From a virus (taxonomy: Duplodnaviria > Caudoviricetes), in IMG/VR virus record IMGVR_UViG_3300027896_000043, positions 1 through 60,859 of that record: DNA of 60,859 nt. The stretch is one strand, 5' to 3'. The position numbers and the translations under genes are program-made. Below are positions 26,520-37,946 of this stretch, piece by piece. Positions within the stretch are counted from its first letter, which is position 1, and each line of letters opens with the position of its first letter. The notes under the pieces were generated by a model. That model was not told where the DNA came from, searched no databases, and saw nothing but the letters and a program-made list of their open reading frames with translations.

Positions 26520-29500
26520 TGAATTATAACAAATTTAAAACTATATCCGATGCGACACCAACCGATGTGTCCCGTGGATATGCATATACACAACCAGATT
26601 TGAATTATTTGGTATCTAAAAGTATCAACGAGTTTCCGTTTGGAACATCTGAACATGATGTGGTCGAGACTACAATTATGTCGGTTGATAAATCGGAATT
26701 ATTTTCGTATACGATAACATCAAGCGGAAATTACATTCCATATACGAAATCATACATTGACGTAAATAACAACGGAATAACATACAATTACGAATCGTTC
26801 AGTGGAGATTTTGTTTTAGTCGGCACTACTACACGTAGCTTATTTATTGATGTTACACAAGTATTTAATGATTCCGGGATAACACAAGGAACATATTTAC
26901 TCGGATTAAATCCGGTTAGATATATTGTGGGATCTCCGACCGATTTGACTCGATCATTGGTCGTACGGGAAATTTCTCCATCCAGAACGGAAATTTCGGT
27001 TTCTCCAACTACTTCTCCAAATGACACCGACGATGTAGCAGTACAATTTAATTCCGACTACATTGCATTCAGTCAAAATAAAATATTAGCAAATCAGGTA
27101 ATTACACAGATTTTAAGCGGAATCGAAAGTCCATCAATTTACAATGCATATTATGATGCATATTCGGTCGATGCAGAATCAGCAGAATCAGTGAAATATT
27201 TTTATTCATTTCTTGGTGATATAGATTGGGAAAATACTAAAAATATAGAATATCAAGACAAACGTAAATCGGACGCAGCGGTAATCCAATTCATAACGGA
27301 TATTTACTATGGAGTAAAACGTGGATCTCTAAAAAGCAACGGACAGGTTAGCAATCGTGATGTATATGGAATTTATGACCAATTTAAAAACACGTTATTT
27401 CAAAACTACAAATCCGTAACGACATTTTCCGAAATTAAAGACGTATACTATTCTCTGTTTAGCTACATATTAAACAAAGAGTTGAATCAAATTACCAACA
27501 CTACACCAAGTAATTTCGAGTCCATAGTTGGATTTTTTCAAAAAGTTTTATACGATGCATTTTTTATTCCGGTAATTGATAAATTAGAAGTTCAATTCGA
27601 TGAATTGTTTTCCGGATATTTAAAAAATTCGGTATGTTTTTCTCCGGAAATAAATCTCCCGATTCTTAATTATTCAGTTTCATCTCGAATAGATGCATCT
27701 GGAAACAATTTACTTCTGTTAAAGTTCCAAGAACCAATCCAGACAGATATAAAAGTTGGAGCATCATTTTGGATAGCAAATTCAATGGTTACTGAACCGA
27801 TTATACAATCGGTATATTTATATGCACCAGTTGAAATATTGACTACGCAATTACGTGGTCCAAATTTTTTAATATCCACGGAAACGACCGGAAATGGAAC
27901 ATCAAATTCGTCAATCGAGGATGTTATCGGCGTAACCGGAAGTTTATATTCGGAAATTATGTCAAAATTGGATTCGAAATATTCAAATCCAACCACGTTA
28001 AACATTGACTATAGATATTTTGAAAACTTTATAAAATTTTCATCTGCCGAATCTAGAGTTTCCATCTTCCACGATAAAATAACTCAAATTAATAATCTTC
28101 AAACTCAATTAACCGAAATTGAATATCTACTGTCAATAAATCCATCAGATACTCAGTATATAAAAGATCAAGAAAATATTAATACGGAATATAATAATAT
28201 AGAAGCTTCAATGGATGGATATGAGAATTTTCTATACGACAATATTGGTTGGTACTCTACACATTCCGCTGTATATGATGGAATGTCTTCCGCCTCATTA
28301 TATGATAGAGATAATGCATCAAGTCTTCAGAATACTACGCCCGAATATATCACAGAAAACGATGCAAATTCTGATTATGTTACGTTTATAAACATGGTCG
28401 GTCATTATTTTGACAATCTCTCGTCATATATTACACAATTTACACAAAAAAATAATCCGACAAATTCATCCACGACCGGAATTTCAGATGCTGTAGTTTA
28501 TTCGATGTTGAGCTCTCTTGGATGGGAACCGGAAACAGGCAAAGAAAATCTTCCATTATTATTATCTACATTTTCAAAATCGGATTTCGATGTTAGCTCA
28601 AGTTTGTGGAACATTGTTGGTACAATGTCCGAGACCGATAGAAATCAAGCAATATGGAAACGAGTATTAAATAATTTACCATCAATCCTCAAATCTAAAG
28701 GAACATCGTCGTCAATTAAATCGTTGGCAAATTGTTATGGAATACCACAAAACATTCTCACCATTAAAGAGTATGGTGGTATAGAGAATGAATACGCGGT
28801 CGATCAAAATTCAATATATTCATTCGACGAAACGAAGTATTCGGCTGGATTTATTGGAAAGGGAGAATATTTTAATTTACCGTGGTCTGGTAGTTTTAGG
28901 AGCGTAGAATTTAACATTTCATTTGATCCAAAAAATACAAGTGATGACGGACAAGTTTTTAGACTCGTGAATTGCTCAAATCAATGGATCGTTGGTATAG
29001 TACGTGAGCGGGGACTTGATTGGGGAAGAGCATTTTTCACGGCACGAGACGGGATTGGCAATTTATTGACGAGTATGACACCGAGAGTTCCAATTTTTAG
29101 TGGAGACACTTTTACTGTAGTATTAAGAAAAAACGATTTAAATGCCGATTTTTTGTTGTCTCCGTATTACACGGAATCGTTAAGTGATTCGTATCCAAGA
29201 ACATACGACTTACGTGTATTAAAAAGTGACGAATCACGAATAACATATGAAGTTTCGTCTAGTATATTATTGAGTGGTAGTTACAATACACAATGGAAAT
29301 CTGGAACTGAAATATGTTTTGGTAATTATTTACAAAATACCGCATCTCTTAGTATAGATCCGGAAGCATTTTTTGGAACATTGGACGAGATTAAATTGTG
29401 GGAAATCCCGATAAACTTGGATCGAGTAAAAAACCATTCAACGTATCAAGGAGCTTATGATTCGGACAACCCCAGTAATACTATTGACAAGGCGTTAGTC

Positions 29501-31276
29501 AGAATTTCATTTGGTACGCCAATTGATTTACATACCGGATCCGGTGTTGTAAACGTGAAAAATTTATCATATCGACAAGAGTTTCCATATGCTCTAGCAG
29601 TAGCATTTCCGGCATATACGTCGTCAGTAATATATGACGTTGAATGTGATACAAATGAATATGTCTCGGAATATCCATTTCAATTTAAGGAGAAAAATAT
29701 TCGACAACACGTAAAACTTCCAAATTTTGGATCAAATAAATTTCGAAGCAATAAAATAAATTATACGAAATCTGTTCTGGTTAGTAATTTGTCACCAACT
29801 ACCAGATCCACGTTACAAAGTTCCGATACATCCACAGTTGACAGTAATAAACTGGGAATTTTCTTTTCTCCGTCAGATGCTATTAATGCAGAAATAATGA
29901 AGTTTTTTGGCAATTTTGAATTTGGAGATTTGATCGGAAGTCCAAGTGATATCTACTTAAAAAATTATCCAAACTTTGAAACATTTAGAAAATTATATTT
30001 TGATCAAGGTGGTGGGCAATTAGATTATCAAACGTTCATAAACATGATACGAGCATACTTTGATAAATCATTGTTCAAGTATGCACAAAATTTAGTTCCG
30101 GCAAGAACAAAAACCGTAAGCGGTATTCTTATTGAACCAACAATTTTGGAACGACCAAAAATCCAACAAAAACCTCCTACACACGAAATTCATAGAAATT
30201 TATCAACCCTCGTTGATGTTAAACGTGGAATAACTGGAACAGTAATCCCAAGACTGGAACCAAAAATCGAAGTTAAAATTCGTGGAATTTCTTTGTATGA
30301 TGATTACAACCGAGCATTTTATAATAATGCATTAGATCCGTTTGGATTCGGTATTTATGCTGAGAATGGAATTTCATATTACAATGATGATTTTTATAGA
30401 GTTGACATTGCCCCAGTAAAGCGATCTCTAATAGTTGAAAGTAAAAATCGCGTTCCTATATCGTGGGCAACCGAATTTGATGTAGTCAATACCGAAAAGT
30501 GTAAATATCAAATAATTTCACAGAGTTATGAGTCTATTAATATATCAAGGTTTCCGGTTTTATATCAATATCCCATAACTTCGGATCTGGTGTTAAATAC
30601 TGTAGATGAAAATGTTATATCACAAAGAACTGAATTCACACACTTTTCAGGTTCAATTATTTTCACGAATTGTGACGTAGCATTATTACCCGGCAATCAA
30701 CCAATCGATACCGCTGTATGGTCGATTCCAGAACTTCCAACCAAGACAACTATAAATGGAATGGTGATATCTCAAAATATCATCTCCGGGAGTTTGACTG
30801 GAATAATAAATTCTCCAATTGGGATTTCTGGTACGGTAGACTTTTCCCGTCGGGTTTTATTGAGTGGATCATATAATTCAGATACTCAAATATTTGACGG
30901 CAGACTTGTTATTTCCACTGGAACATCAATTCAAATGTTTTTTTATACTCCGGAAAAAACAAAATCAATTTTCACAGTTTTACGTGAAAATGCAAACGGT
31001 CCATTGTTTGATTATATCAATCAAATATCATATACATATAGAAAAAATCTATCGTTTCAAAATATTCCATACGGATCAAGACTATTGGACGGATATTATT
31101 CGACACATTATCGATATAAAAAACAAAATTTTTCTCGTAAACAAATTAATATAGTCTCCGATTCTGGGAATTTTGTTGGTGCATTCAAAAAGGGACTTCA
31201 AACACAAAAGACGACGGTTCAACAAGATGGATTGCTCGATAATAGTCCGCCCATTGTAATAACAAAAACGACATGA
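26519..31276 (+). CDS. Large baseplate/tail structural protein (1585 aa) with a LamG-like region
   Basis: EISPSRTEI, FENFIKFSSAESR, MVGHYFD, ILKSKGT (gp7/gpI-like), FFGTLDEIKLW, GILIEPTILERPK. Confidence 0.65.
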   Translation: MNYNKFKTISDATPTDVSRGYAYTQPDLNYLVSKSINEFPFGTSEHDVVETTIMSVDKSELFSYTITSSGNYIPYTKSYIDVNNNGITYNYESFSGDFVLVGTTTRSLFIDVTQVFNDSGITQGTYLLGLNPVRYIVGSPTDLTRSLVVREISPSRTEISVSPTTSPNDTDDVAVQFNSDYIAFSQNKILANQVITQILSGIESPSIYNAYYDAYSVDAESAESVKYFYSFLGDIDWENTKNIEYQDKRKSDAAVIQFITDIYYGVKRGSLKSNGQVSNRDVYGIYDQFKNTLFQNYKSVTTFSEIKDVYYSLFSYILNKELNQITNTTPSNFESIVGFFQKVLYDAFFIPVIDKLEVQFDELFSGYLKNSVCFSPEINLPILNYSVSSRIDASGNNLLLLKFQEPIQTDIKVGASFWIANSMVTEPIIQSVYLYAPVEILTTQLRGPNFLISTETTGNGTSNSSIEDVIGVTGSLYSEIMSKLDSKYSNPTTLNIDYRYFENFIKFSSAESRVSIFHDKITQINNLQTQLTEIEYLLSINPSDTQYIKDQENINTEYNNIEASMDGYENFLYDNIGWYSTHSAVYDGMSSASLYDRDNASSLQNTTPEYITENDANSDYVTFINMVGHYFDNLSSYITQFTQKNNPTNSSTTGISDAVVYSMLSSLGWEPETGKENLPLLLSTFSKSDFDVSSSLWNIVGTMSETDRNQAIWKRVLNNLPSILKSKGTSSSIKSLANCYGIPQNILTIKEYGGIENEYAVDQNSIYSFDETKYSAGFIGKGEYFNLPWSGSFRSVEFNISFDPKNTSDDGQVFRLVNCSNQWIVGIVRERGLDWGRAFFTARDGIGNLLTSMTPRVPIFSGDTFTVVLRKNDLNADFLLSPYYTESLSDSYPRTYDLRVLKSDESRITYEVSSSILLSGSYNTQWKSGTEICFGNYLQNTASLSIDPEAFFGTLDEIKLWEIPINLDRVKNHSTYQGAYDSDNPSNTIDKALVRISFGTPIDLHTGSGVVNVKNLSYRQEFPYALAVAFPAYTSSVIYDVECDTNEYVSEYPFQFKEKNIRQHVKLPNFGSNKFRSNKINYTKSVLVSNLSPTTRSTLQSSDTSTVDSNKLGIFFSPSDAINAEIMKFFGNFEFGDLIGSPSDIYLKNYPNFETFRKLYFDQGGGQLDYQTFINMIRAYFDKSLFKYAQNLVPARTKTVSGILIEPTILERPKIQQKPPTHEIHRNLSTLVDVKRGITGTVIPRLEPKIEVKIRGISLYDDYNRAFYNNALDPFGFGIYAENGISYYNDDFYRVDIAPVKRSLIVESKNRVPISWATEFDVVNTEKCKYQIISQSYESINISRFPVLYQYPITSDLVLNTVDENVISQRTEFTHFSGSIIFTNCDVALLPGNQPIDTAVWSIPELPTKTTINGMVISQNIISGSLTGIINSPIGISGTVDFSRRVLLSGSYNSDTQIFDGRLVISTGTSIQMFFYTPEKTKSIFTVLRENANGPLFDYINQISYTYRKNLSFQNIPYGSRLLDGYYSTHYRYKKQNFSRKQINIVSDSGNFVGAFKKGLQTQKTTVQQDGLLDNSPPIVITKTT

Positions 31277-31388
31277 TTTTTTGATACCATCTGGATGTTT
31301 GATATTTGGCATTATTCCGGATAAAATGAAATAGATCTGTCAAAAACTCAACTACCTCGTATATTTATCACAAAAGGAATAGAACAAT

Positions 31389-32018
31389 ATGGCATACGCT
31401 AATAACGAAACTCTAACGGTAGATGCAGTACTAACAAAAAAGGGTCGAGAACTTTTGGCCGCTCAAGGTGGACTAAATATAACCGCATTTGCTTTGTCTG
31501 ATGATGAAATTGATTATCGATTATATCAACCAAATCATCCACAGGGATCTGCTTATTATGATCTGGCTATACGTAATACCCCAGTTCTTGAGGCATTTAC
31601 AGATGAAACTCAAGTACTAAAATACAAATTGGTCACTTTGCCAGCTGGAGTTACATCAATCCCAACGATAAGTTTGGGCCAGTCATCGATTACAGTTAAT
31701 AAAGATTATAAGGGAGAAGTTGTAATTGTTCCATCAACAAATCCGTCATATAATACGACTCTTGGATATACTGCGATATTGTCAAATAAAAATCTCGGAA
31801 CTATTATTGGGGAACAGTTGCAAGCAGCATCATCGGCAACAATTCCAACATTTATCGGAGACGTGTCGTCAACTACCGCTCAAGTTGCACTTGGTCTCCG
31901 ATTCAGATTTATTCCAAATTCGTCGTTAACTCAAACCACAACTTCCAAGTTGACAGTTGTTGGAAACGAATCGGGTGGATCAATTTCAATTCCAATAACC
32001 GTAGAAGTAAAGAAATAA
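31389..32018 (+). CDS. Baseplate/tail structural protein
   Basis: DAVLTKKGRELLA..ITAFALSDDEIDY. Late motif and AAGGA ribosome-binding site upstream. Confidence 0.65.
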   Translation: MAYANNETLTVDAVLTKKGRELLAAQGGLNITAFALSDDEIDYRLYQPNHPQGSAYYDLAIRNTPVLEAFTDETQVLKYKLVTLPAGVTSIPTISLGQSSITVNKDYKGEVVIVPSTNPSYNTTLGYTAILSNKNLGTIIGEQLQAASSATIPTFIGDVSSTTAQVALGLRFRFIPNSSLTQTTTSKLTVVGNESGGSISIPITVEVKK

Positions 32019-32026
32019 TTTAGAAC

Positions 32027-33121
32027 ATGATTTTTCAAACATTTGACACAACCGATATTGTCGCGGGAAGAGTTCAACCGGTTTCGACTGGAATATGGTC
32101 GAATGGTGAACCTATGTGGACAAGCTTTTTCACGTCAAGTATACAAGCCAGAGCAACTGGATCATCCGCCATGGATCCATTAAATGGACTGTATTATCTC
32201 AATGTATATGATTCAAATCCATCGTCCTCATTGACCGCTGATATTTATTTCTCCGTTACATATGGCCACGTAGCAGGTTCTGGATCTTCCGATTTCGATT
32301 TGGACACAAACACAGGAAGTTTGATAAAACCAACCCAAGCAATTTATAGTCAATATAGAAATTTATTACTTACTCCAGACGATGACACATTTACATTTCA
32401 ATCCGGTTCAATTGATAGTTCCACGAATATAGATTCATCGGACATTTACGTAATCAATTTTAAATCCGATAAAGTCAAAGATCGACTTGATGCTGGTCAG
32501 TTTGAAATTACACTACATGGAAGTAATGGAACATTTGTATTTATCGATGATTCAAGGCAAAATACGTCGGTACTTACTTCGACCGGCGGTAAACGGTTTA
32601 ATATAATCAGTGGAAGTTTATCGTCAACTTCTACTACCGGTGATACATATCAAGCGGTCGGATCAGTATATCCAGATTTGGGACTTATTATATTAAATCC
32701 AAATGTAATTTCACGAATCGTTGGTACTACTGCACTTGGACCATTGTCCACTCCGGCCGCATCATTGAGTACATTTGCAATGATGCATCAGCGATTATTT
32801 TCTTCATTGGCACCAAATAGTAATGGAGCTATCACAGCAAGAGTTACCGAATATGTTCCGTCACGTCATTATTTCGTCAGAGTAAAAAATCAAAACTTCA
32901 ATTATTCAAACAATCCATCATTCGTAATTTCTTCAAATGAAGATCCCGTGAATGCCGGTAATTTGAGATTTGCTGACTTTTCATCCGATCCTAAAGTTTA
33001 TATAACAACGATTGGGTTATATAATGATAACAACGATTTGGTTGCTGTAGCAAAATTGAGTCAACCCATTTTAAAAGATTTCTTGTCTGAAGTTTTGGTT
33101 AAATGTAAAATTGATTTTTGA
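32027..33121 (+). CDS. Tail/baseplate structural protein
   Basis: C-terminal FNYSNNPS..YITTIGLYNDNNDLVAVAKLSQP..IDF module, shared with 33174..36476. Confidence 0.65.
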   Translation: MIFQTFDTTDIVAGRVQPVSTGIWSNGEPMWTSFFTSSIQARATGSSAMDPLNGLYYLNVYDSNPSSSLTADIYFSVTYGHVAGSGSSDFDLDTNTGSLIKPTQAIYSQYRNLLLTPDDDTFTFQSGSIDSSTNIDSSDIYVINFKSDKVKDRLDAGQFEITLHGSNGTFVFIDDSRQNTSVLTSTGGKRFNIISGSLSSTSTTGDTYQAVGSVYPDLGLIILNPNVISRIVGTTALGPLSTPAASLSTFAMMHQRLFSSLAPNSNGAITARVTEYVPSRHYFVRVKNQNFNYSNNPSFVISSNEDPVNAGNLRFADFSSDPKVYITTIGLYNDNNDLVAVAKLSQPILKDFLSEVLVKCKIDF

Positions 33122-33173
33122 TTGTTGACTTGGAGTTGATGGGAATATCACGATCCCATCATATTTATCATCG

Positions 33174-36100
33174 ATGATTAAATACCTCGCAAACAGCGAC
33201 ATTACGGTCCGACCGTTCAAGACATATAAGAACTGGGAAATTCAAAGTATTGATTCGAACGCCACCAACTCGTTCGGCGAATCTACATATTTTGATACAA
33301 AAATAGTTATCAGTGAGGGAATTAGTTGTTCTGGAATATTTTATACTACCGGAAGTCCATATTATGATCCAATAAAAGAACCAATAAATTCCAACGGGGA
33401 ATATAAAAGACTTGTGTATTCCTGTGTAGCTGAGATGTTTTATAATGATTATAATAATCCATTGAAACTGTTTGGGGTTGAATCGTGGGATGGCGACCCA
33501 TTGACCGGATTTAAAGAAAGCAGGATTATACATGATCGAGTACTGGTCGCCAGAATTAAAAATTCATATTGGGGAGAAACAATACGTCCCGGAACTGTTC
33601 GTATAAACGACGGATCCAGCGTACACGATCCATACTTAATAACCGATGATGGTAGTACAAATTTATCATTATCTGGTAATCAGTTTCCATTTGTGTCCCA
33701 AATTTCTCCACACAAACACGTTGGAAGTAAGACGTATTGGGATACATCGTCTGGAAAATTTTATCATGACGATGCGTTGATTACATATCAACAGGCATTG
33801 GTGTTACGAGAATCTGGAGAAATTGTGACGTATGAACCGGATATCAATTCATGGAAAACCGATGACTCAACTAGTCGGGATACATATCAACCGGAAAATG
33901 AAAGATTTGGATATTCAGTGTCAGCGTGGTATAAATACATTTTGGCTGGATCTCCGATGGATTCTAATAGTTTTTCTGTTGCAAAACACGGAAACTCGCA
34001 ATTGTTTAAATACGACACCGATACTGGTACACATCGATTTGTTAAAAAATTTATTTCTCCGTTTACTGTAAATGGGCAAGCACAAGAATTTGGAATGGAT
34101 AACTCTTTATTGATACAACTGGAGGATGGAAATTTTATATATAACGACATAAATTCTGGAGAAAATACATCATCTCTGATGGATGAATTTGGATATTCAG
34201 TTTCTATTCGGGATGATTTTGCCGTTATTGGTGCACCAAATGGAGACGCGTGCGTATCATACAATTCACACTCCGGATTTGTATATGTGTACGGAAAAAA
34301 CAAAGGCGGAACCGACAATTGGGGCTTGGTATCAATACTCGAAGGATCTGGCTCAAACTCTCGATTTGGAGAAGCTGTTAGTGTGGATTCGGATTTGGTT
34401 GTTGTCGGAGCTCCGGGGGTAAACAATAATACTGGAGCTGTTTATGTTTTTCGCCGTAAAATTTTTCCAAATGTGGATGCAAATTTAATTTCATGTTCAA
34501 CAATTGAAACGGCATCGTTTTGGAATTATGTAGTAAATAATAATAATTTATGTGAACGAATCGTCGCAGAATCAGGTGAAGAAATATACGGAGAATCGGG
34601 TGCTCCAAGCTTTTTAATTGGCAGTGGTTCCGTTATATTGGGAGACTATTCGTGGAGATTGGAAGCAACATTAACATCGTCGGTGGCAATCGCTGGAGAA
34701 TTTTTTGGATCAACCCTTGAGGTAAACAATAATAGAATAATAATTGGCTCAAAAACGGAAACCAGAAAGGGATATGCCACGTTATTTACAGCTTCATTTT
34801 TTGGCTCTCCATGTGAGACCGCCTCGTGGGGACAATATAAGATATTTTATGGTAATGACGACTCCGCTGATTTAGATCCACTATCTCCATTCAATGGTGT
34901 CAGTAGTATTTTACCATATGATGGATTTGGTAGATCGGTTTCTATTGACGGCGACCACATTGTTGTATGTTCACATTATGATAAATCCGTTGGTAGCCCA
35001 ATCACACAAACAATTGGGGCAGCATATTTCTACAGTTTTTCAAATATTCGATGCAATACATCGGAAGGAGCGGTAACCAACTCATTTGATTGTGCGCTGA
35101 GATATAAAACGTACGGTGACAGATCTACTATATATAATAATAAATTTGCCAGAACAGCGTCCGTTCGTGGAACAAGAGCCGTAATTAGTACTCACGCTGA
35201 TAAATTGAATTACAGCGCATCATATAATCAGTCGGAAAATACCTTTATATTTGAAAATTCGGATGTTGAATCCGAAAATTCATATGATCAATTAAATGTA
35301 TTGGGTAGAATTTCCTTATATGACTTTGATCCAAAAACTATCAAATGGAATAATCTAAAAATAGAAAAAAGAAATAAAGAACGAGATATTCCGAGTTATT
35401 CATATGGATGGACATCGTGTCTGTCAGATTTTATTTCGGGATCAAAATTTTTAGTTGTTGGTTCTCCGATATTTACATATAATAACGATTCGATGTATGA
35501 TCGCGTTATAGACAAAAATTATCAACGAAGTGGAAGTTTTCCAACTAATTATTCCGGATCATTGTTTGTATATGACATGGATACTCTGGAAGAAAATCCA
35601 AAAATTGGAAACGTGTTTTATAAAAATGGTCAAATAATATTAACCAACACCGCATCAAATTATATTCCGATACTGACCGGTACCGGAAGTTGTGGATTTT
35701 CTTTAACTTATCAAGGCGAACACACGATATTTGAACATGAATATTTAATCACGGTTGGAGCGGGAGAATTCAATTATTCAACAAATCCATCGTCTCTAGT
35801 AAAATATCCAATTACGTTCGACGTAAATCAAGACGGAATTTTTGATTTTTCCGATGTGGATTTAATATTGAGATTTTTAACTAAACAAAAATTTTATGAC
35901 GCAAATGATCTTGATGACAACGGAGTAATACTTGAAACGGATACCTTGGCAGATGAAAGTTGGTGGAACAATGACATCATGATGACTGAGGCTGGAGATG
36001 TTATTTTGAATGAAAAAATCGGTATAAACTTGGAAACTACGACTGTAGTATTAAACTCTACCATATTTAATTATATCCAAACCAATTTGGTAGATACGGG

Positions 36101-36476
36101 GATTTTGGATCTCGATGGGAATGGGCAAATTGATATTCGAGATGGGTATCTACTGTTAAACTATTGGTCTGAAACTTTAACTCCCGAAACAATAGAAAAA
36201 TATACCGACAAATATTCCACTCGGCTCTTTTATATAGATTATAAAAATTACATAAGTAAATATACCGGCGAATTGAATGGATTTTTGATTGAACCAAAAT
36301 TTCACGAGTTCATAAATGACTCCGCATACGATCCAACTGGATCATATTTATCTCCAGTAATAACAACAATTGGATTATATTCAAATAACCAATTGGTTGC
36401 GATAAGCAAGCTCGGGCGACCGTTAAAAAACATTGTTGATTGGCCGCTTAATATTATTGTTCGTTTTGATACATGA
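33174..36476 (+). CDS. Tail/baseplate protein with FG-GAP beta-propeller and Ca-binding (dockerin/EF-hand-like) loops
   Basis: FGYSVS, VIGAP..GFVYVY, FGEAVS..VVGAPG..GAVYVF, DVNQDGIFDFSD, DLDGNGQIDIRD, and C-terminal ITTIGLY..KLGRP. Confidence 0.75.
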   Translation: MIKYLANSDITVRPFKTYKNWEIQSIDSNATNSFGESTYFDTKIVISEGISCSGIFYTTGSPYYDPIKEPINSNGEYKRLVYSCVAEMFYNDYNNPLKLFGVESWDGDPLTGFKESRIIHDRVLVARIKNSYWGETIRPGTVRINDGSSVHDPYLITDDGSTNLSLSGNQFPFVSQISPHKHVGSKTYWDTSSGKFYHDDALITYQQALVLRESGEIVTYEPDINSWKTDDSTSRDTYQPENERFGYSVSAWYKYILAGSPMDSNSFSVAKHGNSQLFKYDTDTGTHRFVKKFISPFTVNGQAQEFGMDNSLLIQLEDGNFIYNDINSGENTSSLMDEFGYSVSIRDDFAVIGAPNGDACVSYNSHSGFVYVYGKNKGGTDNWGLVSILEGSGSNSRFGEAVSVDSDLVVVGAPGVNNNTGAVYVFRRKIFPNVDANLISCSTIETASFWNYVVNNNNLCERIVAESGEEIYGESGAPSFLIGSGSVILGDYSWRLEATLTSSVAIAGEFFGSTLEVNNNRIIIGSKTETRKGYATLFTASFFGSPCETASWGQYKIFYGNDDSADLDPLSPFNGVSSILPYDGFGRSVSIDGDHIVVCSHYDKSVGSPITQTIGAAYFYSFSNIRCNTSEGAVTNSFDCALRYKTYGDRSTIYNNKFARTASVRGTRAVISTHADKLNYSASYNQSENTFIFENSDVESENSYDQLNVLGRISLYDFDPKTIKWNNLKIEKRNKERDIPSYSYGWTSCLSDFISGSKFLVVGSPIFTYNNDSMYDRVIDKNYQRSGSFPTNYSGSLFVYDMDTLEENPKIGNVFYKNGQIILTNTASNYIPILTGTGSCGFSLTYQGEHTIFEHEYLITVGAGEFNYSTNPSSLVKYPITFDVNQDGIFDFSDVDLILRFLTKQKFYDANDLDDNGVILETDTLADESWWNNDIMMTEAGDVILNEKIGINLETTTVVLNSTIFNYIQTNLVDTGILDLDGNGQIDIRDGYLLLNYWSETLTPETIEKYTDKYSTRLFYIDYKNYISKYTGELNGFLIEPKFHEFINDSAYDPTGSYLSPVITTIGLYSNNQLVAISKLGRPLKNIVDWPLNIIVRFDT

Positions 36477-36508
36477 GATTATATTTATATTCCAAATAGG
36501 AAAATATT

Positions 36509-36733
36509 ATGGCAAATCAAATTGATAGACCTTCGATAACGACGTCGTTAGCCGACAGATATAAAGCGTCAGACAAAGTTTTAGCTCCAGTAGCTGGAAA
36601 TTTTATAGATACCCAAAATAAATTTTCTACCAACTTTACAATGAATCAGCCACCAATGGTGACCGAATTAACTTCTGAGGCATTAAATTACGCTAAAACG
36701 TTGGGAATAAATCGGACTAAATACAAAGGCTGA
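36509..36733 (+). CDS. Hypothetical late protein, 74 aa
   Basis: TATTTAT and AGGA upstream. Confidence 0.6.
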   Translation: MANQIDRPSITTSLADRYKASDKVLAPVAGNFIDTQNKFSTNFTMNQPPMVTELTSEALNYAKTLGINRTKYKG

Positions 36734-36737
36734 TAAT

Positions 36738-37250
36738 ATGGTATCATTGGGACTTGACGTTTCAACCGTTACTGCTGGATATGCATTTACAGACGAGAAT
36801 AAAAATATTCTCGATGCTGGATTTATAGACCTGAAACCATTCGATTCCAACAGAAAAAAATCATGGGCAGTCATCGAACATCTGCGATCAAATGTATTAT
36901 TTAAATCGATAGATCGAATAAATCTTGAAGCTGCATTATCTGGTTTTGGTGGACAAGGTAGTAGAACAATTGTAATAAAATTGGCACGTTTTTCTGCTAC
37001 ATTGCAATACGTATTGGAAGAAACATTTCCAGATAAATTAAATATTGTTAACGCAACCACTGCTCGTAAACAACTTTTCGGAAAAGCTCGTGTACAAGGT
37101 GTGAAACCAAAAGAATATGTTCGATCTATGATGTGTACATTATACGACGTAACTCGGTGGCAGAAGTTAAATAAAATAGGTAATGTGGACAAACGACACG
37201 AGGATGTTCTTGATGCGATTGTTATGTCAACATATTCTCCGTCAAAATGA
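36738..37250 (+). CDS. ruvC: RuvC-like Holliday junction resolvase
   Basis: LGLDVSTVTAGYA, LE, ARKQLFG, DVLDAI (RNase H fold with D-E-D-D catalytic pattern). Confidence 0.8.
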   Translation: MVSLGLDVSTVTAGYAFTDENKNILDAGFIDLKPFDSNRKKSWAVIEHLRSNVLFKSIDRINLEAALSGFGGQGSRTIVIKLARFSATLQYVLEETFPDKLNIVNATTARKQLFGKARVQGVKPKEYVRSMMCTLYDVTRWQKLNKIGNVDKRHEDVLDAIVMSTYSPSK

Positions 37251-37915
37251 CTAGAGATGCTGCATTATTAATTGCAAAAAAATTAAAAGCCTTATCCGAA
37301 AAATCTGAATCTGGTGAAAAGTTTTCGGCTGAAAAAAAATTAAAGGCTTTTTGTTTATTGTATGGATTGGATATTGATGAATATTCAACTGAAACAATTC
37401 GGGCGTCAATACCGTTTACGACTCAAAATGAAAAAATTCTATTGAGTAGTATAATGTGCATGATATTAGAAGTTGATGCCGTACGTGGAAGAGTTGAGAA
37501 CGAATCATTCATATTTCAATGTACACAACGACAACTCGAAGATATATTGGAAGCGTTTGATTTTTACAAAAATATGTACTCCGATTATGTGGATGGAATA
37601 TTATTTGCGTTAATAAACAAAAACGAAATCAAAAATAAAAAATTATCGTCTTCCGAATTTAAAATGGATGATATGACTCCAGAAGAACGGAAAGAATATT
37701 TGGGTAGATTAAATGGTGTGAAAACGGGCCAATCCGAAGAAGCAAATCGATCCAACCAAAATGTCAACGAGGAATCACCACCCGATGCCGATTTGAACGG
37801 TATTGCTCAGCAGAATAAGAAAAATAAGAAAACTGAACGTATACAACGAATGTTGTCAACGGTTGAACAAAATAAATGGGTCAAAAAAGTACGAGCAAAA
37901 ATTTTTCTGAATTGA
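37247..37915 (+). CDS. Hypothetical protein with DUF2786-like N-terminus
   Basis: AKKLKALSEKSESGEKFSAEKKLKAFCLLYGL. Confidence 0.55.
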   Translation: MTRDAALLIAKKLKALSEKSESGEKFSAEKKLKAFCLLYGLDIDEYSTETIRASIPFTTQNEKILLSSIMCMILEVDAVRGRVENESFIFQCTQRQLEDILEAFDFYKNMYSDYVDGILFALINKNEIKNKKLSSSEFKMDDMTPEERKEYLGRLNGVKTGQSEEANRSNQNVNEESPPDADLNGIAQQNKKNKKTERIQRMLSTVEQNKWVKKVRAKIFLN

Positions 37916-37946
37916 CTTGGCTGGATATGTGGTTAATATGGTGTAA

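Noticed and set aside
36738-37250. TnpB/Cas12-like RNA-guided nuclease as partner of the IS-end hairpin
   Set aside because: Only 170 aa, with no Zn finger or REC/WED region. It is a stand-alone resolvase-type RuvC next to primase.
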